Below the pieces are notes generated by a model. It was given only the letters and a program-made list of their open reading frames with translations, searched no databases and had not been told where the DNA came from. Made by a program: the position numbers and the translations under genes. A stretch of 44,905 bases of DNA, taken from NCBI GenBank assembly GCA_040751795.1, contig JBFMHR010000007.1, forward strand, positions 1 to 44,905, read 5' to 3'. The first letter of the stretch is position 1. Every line of letters starts with the position of its first letter. The stretch comes from Thermoplasmatota archaeon. Its GTDB lineage: Archaea; Thermoplasmatota; Thermoplasmata; UBA10834. This document shows positions 1-8,667 of this stretch, piece by piece.

Positions 1-708
1 CTTCGGCTCCTCCGCCGTCTTCTTCAGCTCCTGGACGGCCTCGTCGACCTTCTTCTCCTCCTCCTTCGCGTCCGGGGCGGGGGCCGCGGGTGCGGCCGGC
101 GCCTCGACCTGCTTGGGCGGGATGATGTCGATCTCGTCCGGGAGCCTCGCCCTCGGGTCCATGATCCTCACGGTGACGCCTATGACGCCCGGCTTGAGCT
201 TGGCGACGGCGAAGCCGTTGTGCATGAAGTCCAGCTTGGCCTGGCCGCAGTACTTGATGTGGCCGTCCTTGAACTTCTCGGTCCTGTGCCTCTGCCCGGT
301 GAGCTTGCCGGATATGACGACCTGGCAGCCCCTGGCGCCCGACTCCATGATCCTGCGGACGGTGGAGTGCCCGGCGCGCCTGAAGTGCCAGCCCCTCTCG
401 AGGGCGTTGGCCAGCTTCTCGGCCATTATCTGCGCGTTCAGGTTGGGGTTCTCGACCTCCTGGACCTCGATCTGCGGGTTGCTGAACTTGAAGTCATCCT
501 CGATCGCCTTGGTGAGGCTCTTGATCGCCTCCCCCCTGCGCCCGATGACCAGGCCGGGCCTCTCGGTTATGAGGGTGACCCTGGTGCCCATGGGCGTCCT
601 CTGCACGTCCAGCCCTCCGAAGCCCGCGCGCGTTACCCTCGCCTGCACGAACTCCTTCAGAAGGACCCTGCGGACCTTCTCAGTGACGAACTTCCTCTCG
701 CTTGCCAT
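1..708 (-). CDS. rps3: 30S ribosomal protein S3 (uS3), 3' end runs off the window
   Basis: Not in the ORF track because it is truncated. Hand translation from ATG at 708: MASERKFVTEKVRRVLLKEF...GFGGLDVQRTPMGTRVTLITERPGLVIGRRGEAIK...ERGWHFRRAGH...ISGKLTGQRHRTEKF (KH domain GxxG). Follows rpl22. Confidence 0.96.
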   Translation of the reverse strand, partial: MASERKFVTEKVRRVLLKEFVQARVTRAGFGGLDVQRTPMGTRVTLITERPGLVIGRRGEAIKSLTKAIEDDFKFSNPQIEVQEVENPNLNAQIMAEKLANALERGWHFRRAGHSTVRRIMESGARGCQVVISGKLTGQRHRTEKFKDGHIKYCGQAKLDFMHNGFAVAKLKPGVIGVTVRIMDPRARLPDEIDIIPPKQVEAPAAPAAPAPDAKEEEKKVDEAVQELKKTAEEPK

Positions 709-730
709 GTAGTCCCTCCTCGATCCGCGT

Positions 731-1180
731 CTAGGACGCCTCCACTTCCTCCAGTATGATCTCGATGCTGGTGGTCTGCTCGTTCCAGGGGGAGCTGCTC
801 CCGAACGCCCGGGGCATGTACGCCTTCTGGATCCTGCCCCTGTGGGCGCAGGCCACCTTCACCCTCATGTTGTCCGCGTCGAGGCCCTTGTACTCGGCGT
901 TGGCCCTCGCGCTCTCCACGACCTTGAGGATCTCCTTGGCCGCCTTCGTCGGGTACCTGGCCGGGCCGACCTTCGGCTTCGGGTTCAGCCACATCTTGTA
1001 CCTCGTGTAGGGCACGGGCGTCTTCTTCTCGATGACGCCCTCGAGGAACTTCTTCGCGTCCTCGACCTTCATGCCCTTGAGCTCCTTCAGGACCTCCCTG
1101 CAGTGCTTCGGCGACACGCCGATCTCCTTGCCGATGGCCTTCGAGGTCTTCTCCGGGTCCGTCTGCTGCGTGTATCCCAT
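731..1180 (-). CDS. rpl22: 50S ribosomal protein L22 (uL22)
   Basis: SPKHCREV...ARYPTKAAKEILKVVESARANAEYKGLD...YMPRAFG is archaeal L22. ATG at 1180 is preceded by a GGTGA SD. Confidence 0.96.
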   Translation of the reverse strand: MGYTQQTDPEKTSKAIGKEIGVSPKHCREVLKELKGMKVEDAKKFLEGVIEKKTPVPYTRYKMWLNPKPKVGPARYPTKAAKEILKVVESARANAEYKGLDADNMRVKVACAHRGRIQKAYMPRAFGSSSPWNEQTTSIEIILEEVEAS

Positions 1181-1190
1181 TCGTGTCACC

Positions 1191-1793
1191 TCACTTCAGC
1201 GGCATGAACTTGGACGACCTGGTCGCACCGACGCCGAGGCCGGAGTGCGTCACGGACCTCCTCGTCATGGCGAACTCGCCGAGGGCGTGCCCGATCATCT
1301 CCGGCTTGATGTCCACCTGGGCGAAGTCCTTGCCCGTGTACACCATGGCCGTCTTGCCGACGAACTCGGGCAGTATGGGTATCTCCCTCCTGTGGGTCCT
1401 CACCGGCCCGTGCGCGGCCTTGATCTTGTCCACGAAGACCTGCTGCTCGGGGTTCAGCCCGCGGATGTAGGTCCTCCGGGCCCTCGCGGGCAGCAGCTCT
1501 ATGATGTCGGCCAGGGGCATCTTCAGGAGCTCCTCCATGGTGTACCCGCGGTACGTGAACTCCTTCTTCCTCCTGGCCTGGATCTGGCTCTTCTTCTTCC
1601 TCAGCTTCCTCCTCGCGGCCTTAGCGGACCCGCCGTGCCTCGCGGAGGGCTTCATCTTCTTCTCCGGCGCGGGGGCCGCAGCCGGTGCCGCCGCGGGCGC
1701 CTTGCCTCCGGTCACCGGGGCCTTGCCCCCGGCCGGGGGCTTCGCCGCCGCCGGCTGCTTCCCTGCTGGTGCGCTCTTCTTGTCGTCAGCCAT
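1191..1793 (-). CDS. rps19: 30S ribosomal protein S19 (uS19) with Ala/Pro/Lys-rich N-terminal extension
   Basis: KEFTYRGYTMEEL...VRTHRREIPILPEFVG...IKPEMIGHALGEFAMTR...GVGATRSSKFMPLK. Confidence 0.96.
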   Translation of the reverse strand: MADDKKSAPAGKQPAAAKPPAGGKAPVTGGKAPAAAPAAAPAPEKKMKPSARHGGSAKAARRKLRKKKSQIQARRKKEFTYRGYTMEELLKMPLADIIELLPARARRTYIRGLNPEQQVFVDKIKAAHGPVRTHRREIPILPEFVGKTAMVYTGKDFAQVDIKPEMIGHALGEFAMTRRSVTHSGLGVGATRSSKFMPLK

Positions 1794-1795
1794 CG

Positions 1796-2500
1796 TTACA
1801 CCTTCCTCGGCCTGCGCTTGGGCGCCAGCCTGCCTACCTTCCTACCTGGGGGCGTGTTCCTGCCCACGCTGGACTGGGTACCGACGTGGGGGTGGCCACC
1901 TCCGCCGTGGGGGTGGTTGACCGGGTTCATGGCGACGCCCTTGACCTTGAAGTAGGCCTTCGCCTTCCCGCGGTACGCGTGGAACTTCTTCCCTGACTTG
2001 GCGAAGGGCTTGTCCTTGTGCCCGCCGCCGGATATCATCCCGACCGTCGCGAGGCACTTGTTGTCCACCTCCTTGAACTGGCCCGACGGGAGGAGCACGG
2101 CGGTCTTCGCGCCGTGGCTCACGACCGTGGCGGAGTTGCCCGCGGTCCTCGCGAGCTTGCCGCCGTCGCCGGGCTGGAGCTCTATGTTGAATATGACCGT
2201 GCCCTCGGGCATGTCGCCGACGGGCATGGTGTTCCCCGCCGCAATGGCGCCGCGCCTGCCGAACGTGACGGTCTGGCCGACCGACGCGCCGTCGGGCGCG
2301 ATCATCCAGTGCTCGTCCTTGCCGTACGCGACCTTCGCCAGCGGCGCGATCCTGCCCGCCTCGTGCCTGAGCTCGGTGATCGTGCCCTCGACGTTGTCCC
2401 TCATCTTGGGGTGCTTCGCGTCGGTGAACCTGAGGTGCCTCGGGGACCTGTACCTTCCGAACCCGCGGCCCCTCCTCTGCGTTATGAGTTGCTTGCCCAT
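1796..2500 (-). CDS. rpl2: 50S ribosomal protein L2 (uL2)
   Basis: MGKQLITQRRGRG...GDGGKLARTAG...VKGVAMNPVNHPHGGG. Confidence 0.97.
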   Translation of the reverse strand: MGKQLITQRRGRGFGRYRSPRHLRFTDAKHPKMRDNVEGTITELRHEAGRIAPLAKVAYGKDEHWMIAPDGASVGQTVTFGRRGAIAAGNTMPVGDMPEGTVIFNIELQPGDGGKLARTAGNSATVVSHGAKTAVLLPSGQFKEVDNKCLATVGMISGGGHKDKPFAKSGKKFHAYRGKAKAYFKVKGVAMNPVNHPHGGGGHPHVGTQSSVGRNTPPGRKVGRLAPKRRPRKV

Positions 2501-2510
2501 GCCATCACCC

Positions 2511-2789
2511 TCAGAATATGCCTATCCTCATGCCGATCTCCTCGGCCGAGTACTCCTCCTTCAGCTTGATGATCGCGTGCTTGCCGTCCTTCATGATCTT
2601 GATGTTCACGCGGTCGACCTTCACCTCGAAGCGCTCCTCGAAGGCCTTCTTGACCTCGCTCCTGGTGGCGTCCTTCCTCACGACGAACTCGAGCCTGTTC
2701 CCGTCCTTCAGGTCCTGGCTCGGCGTCCCGGACATGGCGTTCATCGTCTTCTCAGTGACGTACGGGTGCAGAAGTATGGTCCTCCTCAC
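2511..2789 (-). CDS. rpl23: 50S ribosomal protein L23 (uL23)
   Basis: C-terminal part of ORF 2511..3371: ILLHPYVTEKTM...NRLEFVVRKDATRSEVKKAFEERFEVKVDRVNI...KHAIIKL. GTG start overlaps the rpl4 stop (GTGA). Confidence 0.94.
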   Translation of the reverse strand: MRRTILLHPYVTEKTMNAMSGTPSQDLKDGNRLEFVVRKDATRSEVKKAFEERFEVKVDRVNIKIMKDGKHAIIKLKEEYSAEEIGMRIGIF

Positions 2790-3604
2790 CTGGCCCACCC
2801 CCCTATGGTGCCGAGGGCCTTCTCCGAGACTATCATGAGCCTGCCCGGCGCGCCGCCGGGCGCGAGCATCTCGGCGTTGAGCTGCGGCGGGGTCGCGACC
2901 TCCACTCCGGGGAGGTTCCTCATGCTCCTCCCGCCGTCGCACTCGGCCGAGAGCACGACGAGGAGGCTCCTGGGCACCCTGTAGCGCCTGCCCCTCATCT
3001 TGCCCCTGCCGGCCCTGACCTTCTTGCCCTCGGCGGCCCTGGCCACGTCGTCGTAGACGCCTATGGACTCGAGCGCCTCGACCGCCTCCTTGGTCGTCTT
3101 GACGCCCTCGAGGTCGTCCTGGACGACGACGGGGACGGTGAGCTCCTCCTTGAACTGGTGGCCCCTGGCCTTGACGAGCTCCGCCTGGCCGGTCGCGCTC
3201 AGGGCGGACAGCTTCGCCAGGGAGAGCTCCTTCCTGTTGATCTTCTTGCCGAGGTCCTTCTCGACCTTCGGCGGGTGCGCGCGCCTGCCGCCGACGTTGT
3301 TCGGCGACTGGGCGCCGGTGGAGCTGCCCTTGATCCTCTGGACCCTGGACACGCCCCTCCCCTTGCCCCATGTCGAGACGGAGTGGCGCGCGCCCGCGTC
3401 CGGCTTCGGCGCGTACGGCTGCCTCCTGTTAGCCTCGATCGCGACGACCGCCCTGTGGATGACGTCCGGCCTCACCTCGGTCCTGAACGCCGCGGGCAGG
3501 TCGGCCTCCCCGGCGACCCCGCCCTTGAGGTCGTAGACCTTCACCTTGCCGGGAGCGGACTCCTTGTCCTCTGCCTTTATCTTCTTGACCTTCCTCTCAG
3601 CCAT
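2786..3604 (-). CDS. rpl4: 50S ribosomal protein L4 (uL4)
   Basis: FRTEVRPDVIHRAV...STWGKGRGVSRVQR...GGRRAHPPK...RAGRGKMRGRRYR...LAPGGAPGRL. ATG at 3604. Confidence 0.96.
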   Translation of the reverse strand: MAERKVKKIKAEDKESAPGKVKVYDLKGGVAGEADLPAAFRTEVRPDVIHRAVVAIEANRRQPYAPKPDAGARHSVSTWGKGRGVSRVQRIKGSSTGAQSPNNVGGRRAHPPKVEKDLGKKINRKELSLAKLSALSATGQAELVKARGHQFKEELTVPVVVQDDLEGVKTTKEAVEALESIGVYDDVARAAEGKKVRAGRGKMRGRRYRVPRSLLVVLSAECDGGRSMRNLPGVEVATPPQLNAEMLAPGGAPGRLMIVSEKALGTIGGWAR

Positions 3605-3608
3605 CGAA

Positions 3609-4613
3609 TCACACTCCCTGTTTTGATTCAAGGGATACGAACGTCACCTGGGGCGCCTCCTGCAGCTTGATGCCCGTGTCCCTTATCGGCTGCCTGAGCC
3701 TGATGAGCCTCTTCGACGGCCCGGGCACGGACCCGTGGAGGATCATGTAGCTGTTCCTCACGTCCCCGTAGTGGAGGAAGCCGCCCCTCGGCGTGACCTC
3801 CTCTCCCTTGTCGCCGATCTTGAGTATCCTCTTGTTGAGCTCGGTCCTCTGGTGGAAGCCCATCTGGCCTCCCTGCGGGACCGTGGGCCTGACGTAGTTG
3901 GGCCTCTTCGTTCCCAGGGTACCTATCAGCCTCCTGTGCTTGCTGTTCTTGTGCATCAGGAGCTTGGTCCCCCACCTCTTGGTGACGCCCTGCCAGCCCT
4001 TGCCCTTGGTGATGGCGGCGACATCGATCATGTCGCCCTCCTTGGCGAAGTCCTTGATGGTGACGGGCTTGCCGAGGACCTCCTTGGCGAACTTCAGCCT
4101 GTCCTCCATCTTCCCGCCGCCGATCCTGACCTCCATCAGCTCCGGCCTCTTCTTCGGGAGGCCGCTGACGAGCACGGGCTGCGTGTACATGAGCGCGCGC
4201 ACGTCGTCGTACTCGAGCTTCCCGGCCTTCTCCCAGGCCTTGGCCTCGTCGTACTCCTTCGGGACGGGGAGCTTCCTCGAGAGCTCCTTGTCCAGCTTCT
4301 TCGCCCAGACCTCCCCGACGGCCTTCCTGCCGTAGGGCGTCTCCGCGTAGAAGCGCACGCCGCAGACCTTCATCGGCGGGACCTCGAGCACCGTGACCGG
4401 GACCTGTACCTCCTGCCCGGCGGTGGTGCTCCTGGTCCTGTAGTCGACTATGAACGCGTGGGTCATGCCCGCCTTGTATCCGGCGAAACCCTGCAGCCTG
4501 ACCCCGTCACCCGTCGGCTCTGGCCACGTGGTGACTCTGGCGGTTATGCTGCCCGCCCTCTTCCTTGGCGAGTAGCCCCTCGAGCCTTGCTTAGGCCTTC
4601 TCCTTGTCGGCAT
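3609..4613 (-). CDS. rpl3: 50S ribosomal protein L3 (uL3)
   Basis: GSRGYSPRKRA...GFAGYKAGMTH...TKGKGWQGVTKRWG...GQMGFHQRTELNKRI...GSVPGPSKRLIRLR. Confidence 0.97.
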   Translation of the reverse strand: MPTRRRPKQGSRGYSPRKRAGSITARVTTWPEPTGDGVRLQGFAGYKAGMTHAFIVDYRTRSTTAGQEVQVPVTVLEVPPMKVCGVRFYAETPYGRKAVGEVWAKKLDKELSRKLPVPKEYDEAKAWEKAGKLEYDDVRALMYTQPVLVSGLPKKRPELMEVRIGGGKMEDRLKFAKEVLGKPVTIKDFAKEGDMIDVAAITKGKGWQGVTKRWGTKLLMHKNSKHRRLIGTLGTKRPNYVRPTVPQGGQMGFHQRTELNKRILKIGDKGEEVTPRGGFLHYGDVRNSYMILHGSVPGPSKRLIRLRQPIRDTGIKLQEAPQVTFVSLESKQGV

Positions 4614-4823
4614 CTGCTATCCCTCTGTGTCGAAGCGATAGACCGGGCTGAACGTACTCCGAGGTACGATCGCAGTCCGAGGCATCACTTCTCGGCCGTG
4701 ACGCTTCGTGCACGCCACAGAACGTTGTCAAGGCGTGAGTGATGGGTTGCTCGGAGGCATTGCCCAAACGGCGTCTGGCCGATACCGCCTCAGGTATCGC
4801 AGTCCTGCCGAATGGGGTGGTCG

Positions 4824-4831
4824 TATATAAA
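4824..4831 (-). promoter_or_regulatory. TATA box of the rpl3 operon (implies a leader of about 185 nt)
   Basis: TTTATATA on the minus strand; the only clear AT-rich box in the 4614-4857 gap. Confidence 0.65.
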
Positions 4832-4857
4832 CATGACCGTCCAAGGGGGGCGTATGG

Positions 4858-5184
4858 CTAGAGCTTGCCCTCCTTGGCGGCCTTCTGCGCGCGCTTGCCC
4901 CGCTCCTTCGCGTTGTACCCGGTGACCGTCTCCAGGAACGTGTTGTACGCTTTGATGGTCCTCTGGGCGGTCTCGTTGTCCACCGTCGGGTCCATCTTCG
5001 TCTCGACGCACAGGGACTTCTTCTTCTCGCCCGGCCAGGCCCAGAGCTCCTTCAGCCCGCCGTAGGACACGAACAGCTTCCCGTCCCTCTCCTGGGCGTC
5101 GCCGAAGATCCCATTCATGGACGCCTTGAGGTTCTCGGCCTTGACGTTGTCGTACTGTCCCCTTCTGACCTCGTACTCGTGCAC
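4858..5184 (-). CDS. Conserved archaeal hypothetical protein (DUF5611-like)
   Basis: 108 aa with GGTGA SD. EYEVRRG N-terminus and YNTFLETVTGYNAKER C-terminus resemble DUF5611 (from memory). Confidence 0.7.
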   Translation of the reverse strand: MHEYEVRRGQYDNVKAENLKASMNGIFGDAQERDGKLFVSYGGLKELWAWPGEKKKSLCVETKMDPTVDNETAQRTIKAYNTFLETVTGYNAKERGKRAQKAAKEGKL

Positions 5185-5202
5185 CGGCTCACCTGCGGGG
5201 TG

Positions 5203-6231
5203 TTATGCCCGCTGCGCCCTGAAAAACCTTTGTAGGTCGGGCGTGCCCCCGACGACCATGCCCTCCAGTCCCCTGACCGTGCGGTACGTCCCGATGCACC
5301 AGCACTCGGGCCTCGCCAGCCTCGAGCGGTCCTGGGACGACGTGAAGGCCTTCAGCCCGTCGAGTATGACCTGGTCGCACGCGCCGCAGTTGTGGGCCCC
5401 CCTCTGGGTCCCGCCCCCGACGGGGTCCACGAGCAGCCTCGGCCCCAGCCCCGCGCACCTCTCCGCGACGTCGAGCACGCTCCACAGCCAGGGCGGCCTG
5501 TAGGACCAGTCCCTCCAGAGCCTCTCGACCAGCGTGCCCTTCTGGACGTTGACCGCGTTCACCGACACCGAGCGGCTCAGGGGCGCGGCGTGCCTCACGG
5601 TAGCGACGGCGTCGTCGACCGCCTCCCCCTCGGTGAGGAACGGCGGCTTGAGCAGCACGTAGGTCCTCAGGTCGACGCCCTTCTCCCTCATGAGGGCCGC
5701 GGCCCTGTCGTAGTCCGCGACTGTGAACCCCTTGTTGATGGAGTGCCTCAGGACACGGTCGTTCGCGCTCTCCAGCCCGATGGCCAGCTCGATGTCGTCG
5801 TGGAGAGCGAGCACCGTGTCCAGCGCCCCGTCCGTGATGTACTCGGGCCGGGACTCGAAGAGGAGCCTCGCCCCCCTGCCCGCGCACTCCCTGAGGATGT
5901 GCGACGCCGCCTCCGGGGGGACCTCGCGCGCGTCCAGGAACGACCCGGAGGTGTAGACCTTGACCAGCCCTACCTCGCCCAGCCCTCCCAGCGCGCGGTC
6001 GAACTGCCTCACGATGTCGTCAGCCGACACTGAGCGGTCCGACTCGATGTTGTATCCGCACATAGTGCAGCCGCCCTCGTGGAAGTGGCTGCACCCGGAG
6101 GTCCTGAGTATAACGACGCCCGCGTCCACCATCGTGCCGCGGACGCCCTCCCTCTCCTTCCAGACTGACACGGCGGCGCCTGCATCCTTCTTCCTGCGCC
6201 CGCCCTTCCCGTCCGCTCCAGCGCCGGTCAT
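5203..6231 (-). CDS. Archaeosine biosynthesis radical SAM protein RaSEA (TIGR01210-type)
   Basis: ILRTSGCSHFHEGGCTMCGY, KVYTSGSFLD, ESRPEY, IGLESAND, YVLLKPPFLTE, YRPPWLWS, RGAHNCG. Confidence 0.88.
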   Translation of the reverse strand: MTGAGADGKGGRRKKDAGAAVSVWKEREGVRGTMVDAGVVILRTSGCSHFHEGGCTMCGYNIESDRSVSADDIVRQFDRALGGLGEVGLVKVYTSGSFLDAREVPPEAASHILRECAGRGARLLFESRPEYITDGALDTVLALHDDIELAIGLESANDRVLRHSINKGFTVADYDRAAALMREKGVDLRTYVLLKPPFLTEGEAVDDAVATVRHAAPLSRSVSVNAVNVQKGTLVERLWRDWSYRPPWLWSVLDVAERCAGLGPRLLVDPVGGGTQRGAHNCGACDQVILDGLKAFTSSQDRSRLARPECWCIGTYRTVRGLEGMVVGGTPDLQRFFRAQRA

Positions 6232-6253
6232 GGAAAACTCTCGGAACGGCCCT

Positions 6254-6448
6254 TCACAGGTCGTACGGCTTGAGGGTCTTGCGGCCGTTCCTCTTGGCGC
6301 GCCTGGCGGCCCTCTCTATCATCTCGTGGACCTCCCTGTCCAGCTCGCAGTAGAACTCCTCGGAGATCCTGAACCTGTCCCCGACGACGTCCTTGACGTC
6401 GGAGACCTTGATGATCATCTTACCGTTCCTGAGACTCGAGACCGGCAT
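6254..6448 (-). CDS. Small histone-fold protein with truncated alpha3 (DUF1931 / face-to-face histone-like)
   Basis: MIIKVSDVKDVVGDRFRISEEFYCELDREVHEMIERAARRAKRNGRKTLKPYDL contains the RxTxxxxD histone L2 motif. Start is ATG 6448 (with GGGGAG SD) or ATG 6418. Confidence 0.8.
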   Translation of the reverse strand: MPVSSLRNGKMIIKVSDVKDVVGDRFRISEEFYCELDREVHEMIERAARRAKRNGRKTLKPYDL

Positions 6449-6581
6449 GAACTCCCCTTGTCGATGACTGACCCCGTGGAAGGGAGTTAGTGCTAATGCG
6501 TGGGCCCCTCTTAACCCTTTGCGCATTCCGGCGCCGCAAAGCTTTTCCACAGGCGCGCTGGTTCATGGGCGGGGCACACTG

Positions 6582-7625
6582 ATGGACGTCGAACGCAGGA
6601 TGGAGCTCGCGACCAGGGGCGCACTCGAGGTCGTGACCGAGGCCGAGCTGAGGACCCTCTTCGAGACCAACGACTCGCCTCGCGCCTACATAGGGTACGA
6701 GCCGAGCGGGTACGTCCACGTGGGCCAGGTCATCACGGCCGCTAAGATCGCCGAGCTGCAGGAGGCGGGCGTCCGGATGACCATATTCCTCGCGGACTGG
6801 CACGCGATGATCAACGACAAGTTCGGCGCCGACCTGGGGAGCATCCGCATCTGCGGCGACTACATGCGCGAGTGCTTCCTCGCCCTGGGGGTCAAGGACT
6901 CCGCGGAGTTCGTCTGGGCCAACGACCTCGTCGCGAGGCCCGAGTACTGGGAGAAGTTCATCAGGATCTGCAAGGCGAGCACCCTCACGCGCATCAAGAG
7001 GGCCATGACCATCATGGGGAGGACCGAGGACGAGGCGGAGCTGGACGCGTCCAAGGTGATGTACCCTCCGATGCAGGCCGCGGACATATTCGCCCTGGAG
7101 GCGGACATCGCCCTCGCCGGAATGGACCAGCGCAGGGCGCACATGCTGGCGAGGGACGCCGCCGAGAAGCTCGGGTGGAGGAAGCCCGTCGCACTGCACA
7201 CGCCACTGCTCATGAGCCTGGTCGGCAGCGGGCGGATGGACCCGGTCGAGGCGAAGATGTCCAAGAGCGACCCGAACAGCGCCATATTCCTCCACGACAC
7301 CCCCGAGGCCATCTCCAAGAAGATGAAGAACGCGTTCTGCCCGCCCGAGACGGAGAACAACCCCGTCCTCGAGGTCATGAGGCTCATAGTCTTCCCGAGG
7401 CTGGGCAGCCTGCACATCGACCGGCCGGCCAAGTACGGCGGCCCGCTCACGTTCGGGAGCTACGACGAGCTCCTCAAGACCTACGGCCAGAAGGCGCTGC
7501 ACCCGCAGGACCTCAAGAAGGGCGCGGCCGACTCCCTGGCGAAGATACTGGAGCCGGTGAGGCAGCACTTCTCCGCCCACCCCGAGACGGTGGACAGGCT
7601 AGGGAAGCTGACCATCACGAGATGA
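6582..7625 (+). CDS. tyrS: Tyrosine--tRNA ligase
   Basis: YIGYEPSGYVHVGQ (HIGH-like), ADWHA, YPPMQAAD, GMDQRRAH, KMSKS, LHPQDLK. Confidence 0.96.
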   Translation: MDVERRMELATRGALEVVTEAELRTLFETNDSPRAYIGYEPSGYVHVGQVITAAKIAELQEAGVRMTIFLADWHAMINDKFGADLGSIRICGDYMRECFLALGVKDSAEFVWANDLVARPEYWEKFIRICKASTLTRIKRAMTIMGRTEDEAELDASKVMYPPMQAADIFALEADIALAGMDQRRAHMLARDAAEKLGWRKPVALHTPLLMSLVGSGRMDPVEAKMSKSDPNSAIFLHDTPEAISKKMKNAFCPPETENNPVLEVMRLIVFPRLGSLHIDRPAKYGGPLTFGSYDELLKTYGQKALHPQDLKKGAADSLAKILEPVRQHFSAHPETVDRLGKLTITR

Positions 7626-8570
7626 GCCGTCGACGATGCGCCTGAGGAGCCTGATGGTGTTCTCAACCGAGATGTTGAGTATGGCCTCGACGTCCCCCAC
7701 CCCGGTTATCCCGGCCGCCCCCGGGTGGCCTCCTCCGCCGTTCGATGTCTCGGAGCCGACGCTGCCCAGCAGCTTGCCGAGGTGAACCCCCGCCCGCACC
7801 ATCTCCTGGGTCGCCCTCGCGCTGATCCTGAAGTCGTCCCCGCGCTGGGAGCCGACGAAGACCACGTCCGCGCCGAGGGAGAGCAGGGCCTTGCAGACCG
7901 AAGCCTCGTAGGCGCTCCCCTGCGAGGCGGCGACGACGTAGTCCCCGACCTTCCAGTACTTGAGCCTCTGCGCGCCCCTGAGCTGGGATATCCTCTCGGA
8001 TATGTCCGTGTCCATGTACACGAGGGAGGTGGCCTCGTCCATCTGGACGTCGTTCTCCTCCATGAGGTCCGCGAACGCCCTCAGCGCCGAGGGCTTCCCG
8101 AACTTGAACATGCCCGTGTCGGTGATGATGCCCGCCATCAGGGCCAGCGCGGCCTCCCTGGGCAGGCTCTTCCCCGCGGCCTTCACGAGCTCCAGCACGA
8201 TCTCGGAGCAGGAGCTCTTGGAGTCGTCGCAGTAGTACACGCGGGCCTTCGACCACCTCTCCGTGCGCGAGTGGTGGTCGACCACTGTCGCGTCGGAGAA
8301 GTCTATGCCCGCGGGCAGCTGCTCCGGCCCGGAGGTGTCGAGGACCAGGAGCCTCCCCTCGGGCCTCTCGGGCGACTCGACGACCTTGATGCCGAGGGAC
8401 CTGGTCATCTCCTTCGCCATGCGGTCGGTCCCCCCCGGCGTCCATATGGTCACCCCGGGGAAGCAGCTCTGAACCGCGAAGGCGCTCGCGAGGGCGTCGG
8501 GGTCGGCGTTGCCGTGGAGCAGCGCGACGGCGCCGCCCCTCTCAAGCTCCGCTGCTATGCTGGAGAGCAC
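7599..8570 (-). CDS. DHH/DHHA1 family phosphoesterase
   Basis: HGNADPDA, LDTS, VDHH, GIITDTG, GGGHPGAAG. Sits at the end of the exosome superoperon. Confidence 0.9.
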   Translation of the reverse strand: MLSSIAAELERGGAVALLHGNADPDALASAFAVQSCFPGVTIWTPGGTDRMAKEMTRSLGIKVVESPERPEGRLLVLDTSGPEQLPAGIDFSDATVVDHHSRTERWSKARVYYCDDSKSSCSEIVLELVKAAGKSLPREAALALMAGIITDTGMFKFGKPSALRAFADLMEENDVQMDEATSLVYMDTDISERISQLRGAQRLKYWKVGDYVVAASQGSAYEASVCKALLSLGADVVFVGSQRGDDFRISARATQEMVRAGVHLGKLLGSVGSETSNGGGGHPGAAGITGVGDVEAILNISVENTIRLLRRIVDGSSRDGQLP

Positions 8571-8667
8571 GGGATGTGGAAGTGATGGGATGCCTATAAA
8601 ATAGATGCTGAGACCCCCGCCCGCTTGTCGCGGCCGAGGGGAGGCATGGGTTTGATGTGCGCGCGGC

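Noticed and set aside
4614-4810. Possible C/D box sRNA (TGATG and CTGA words) in the rpl3 leader
   Set aside because: The boxes are imperfect and in the wrong order or spacing on both strands.
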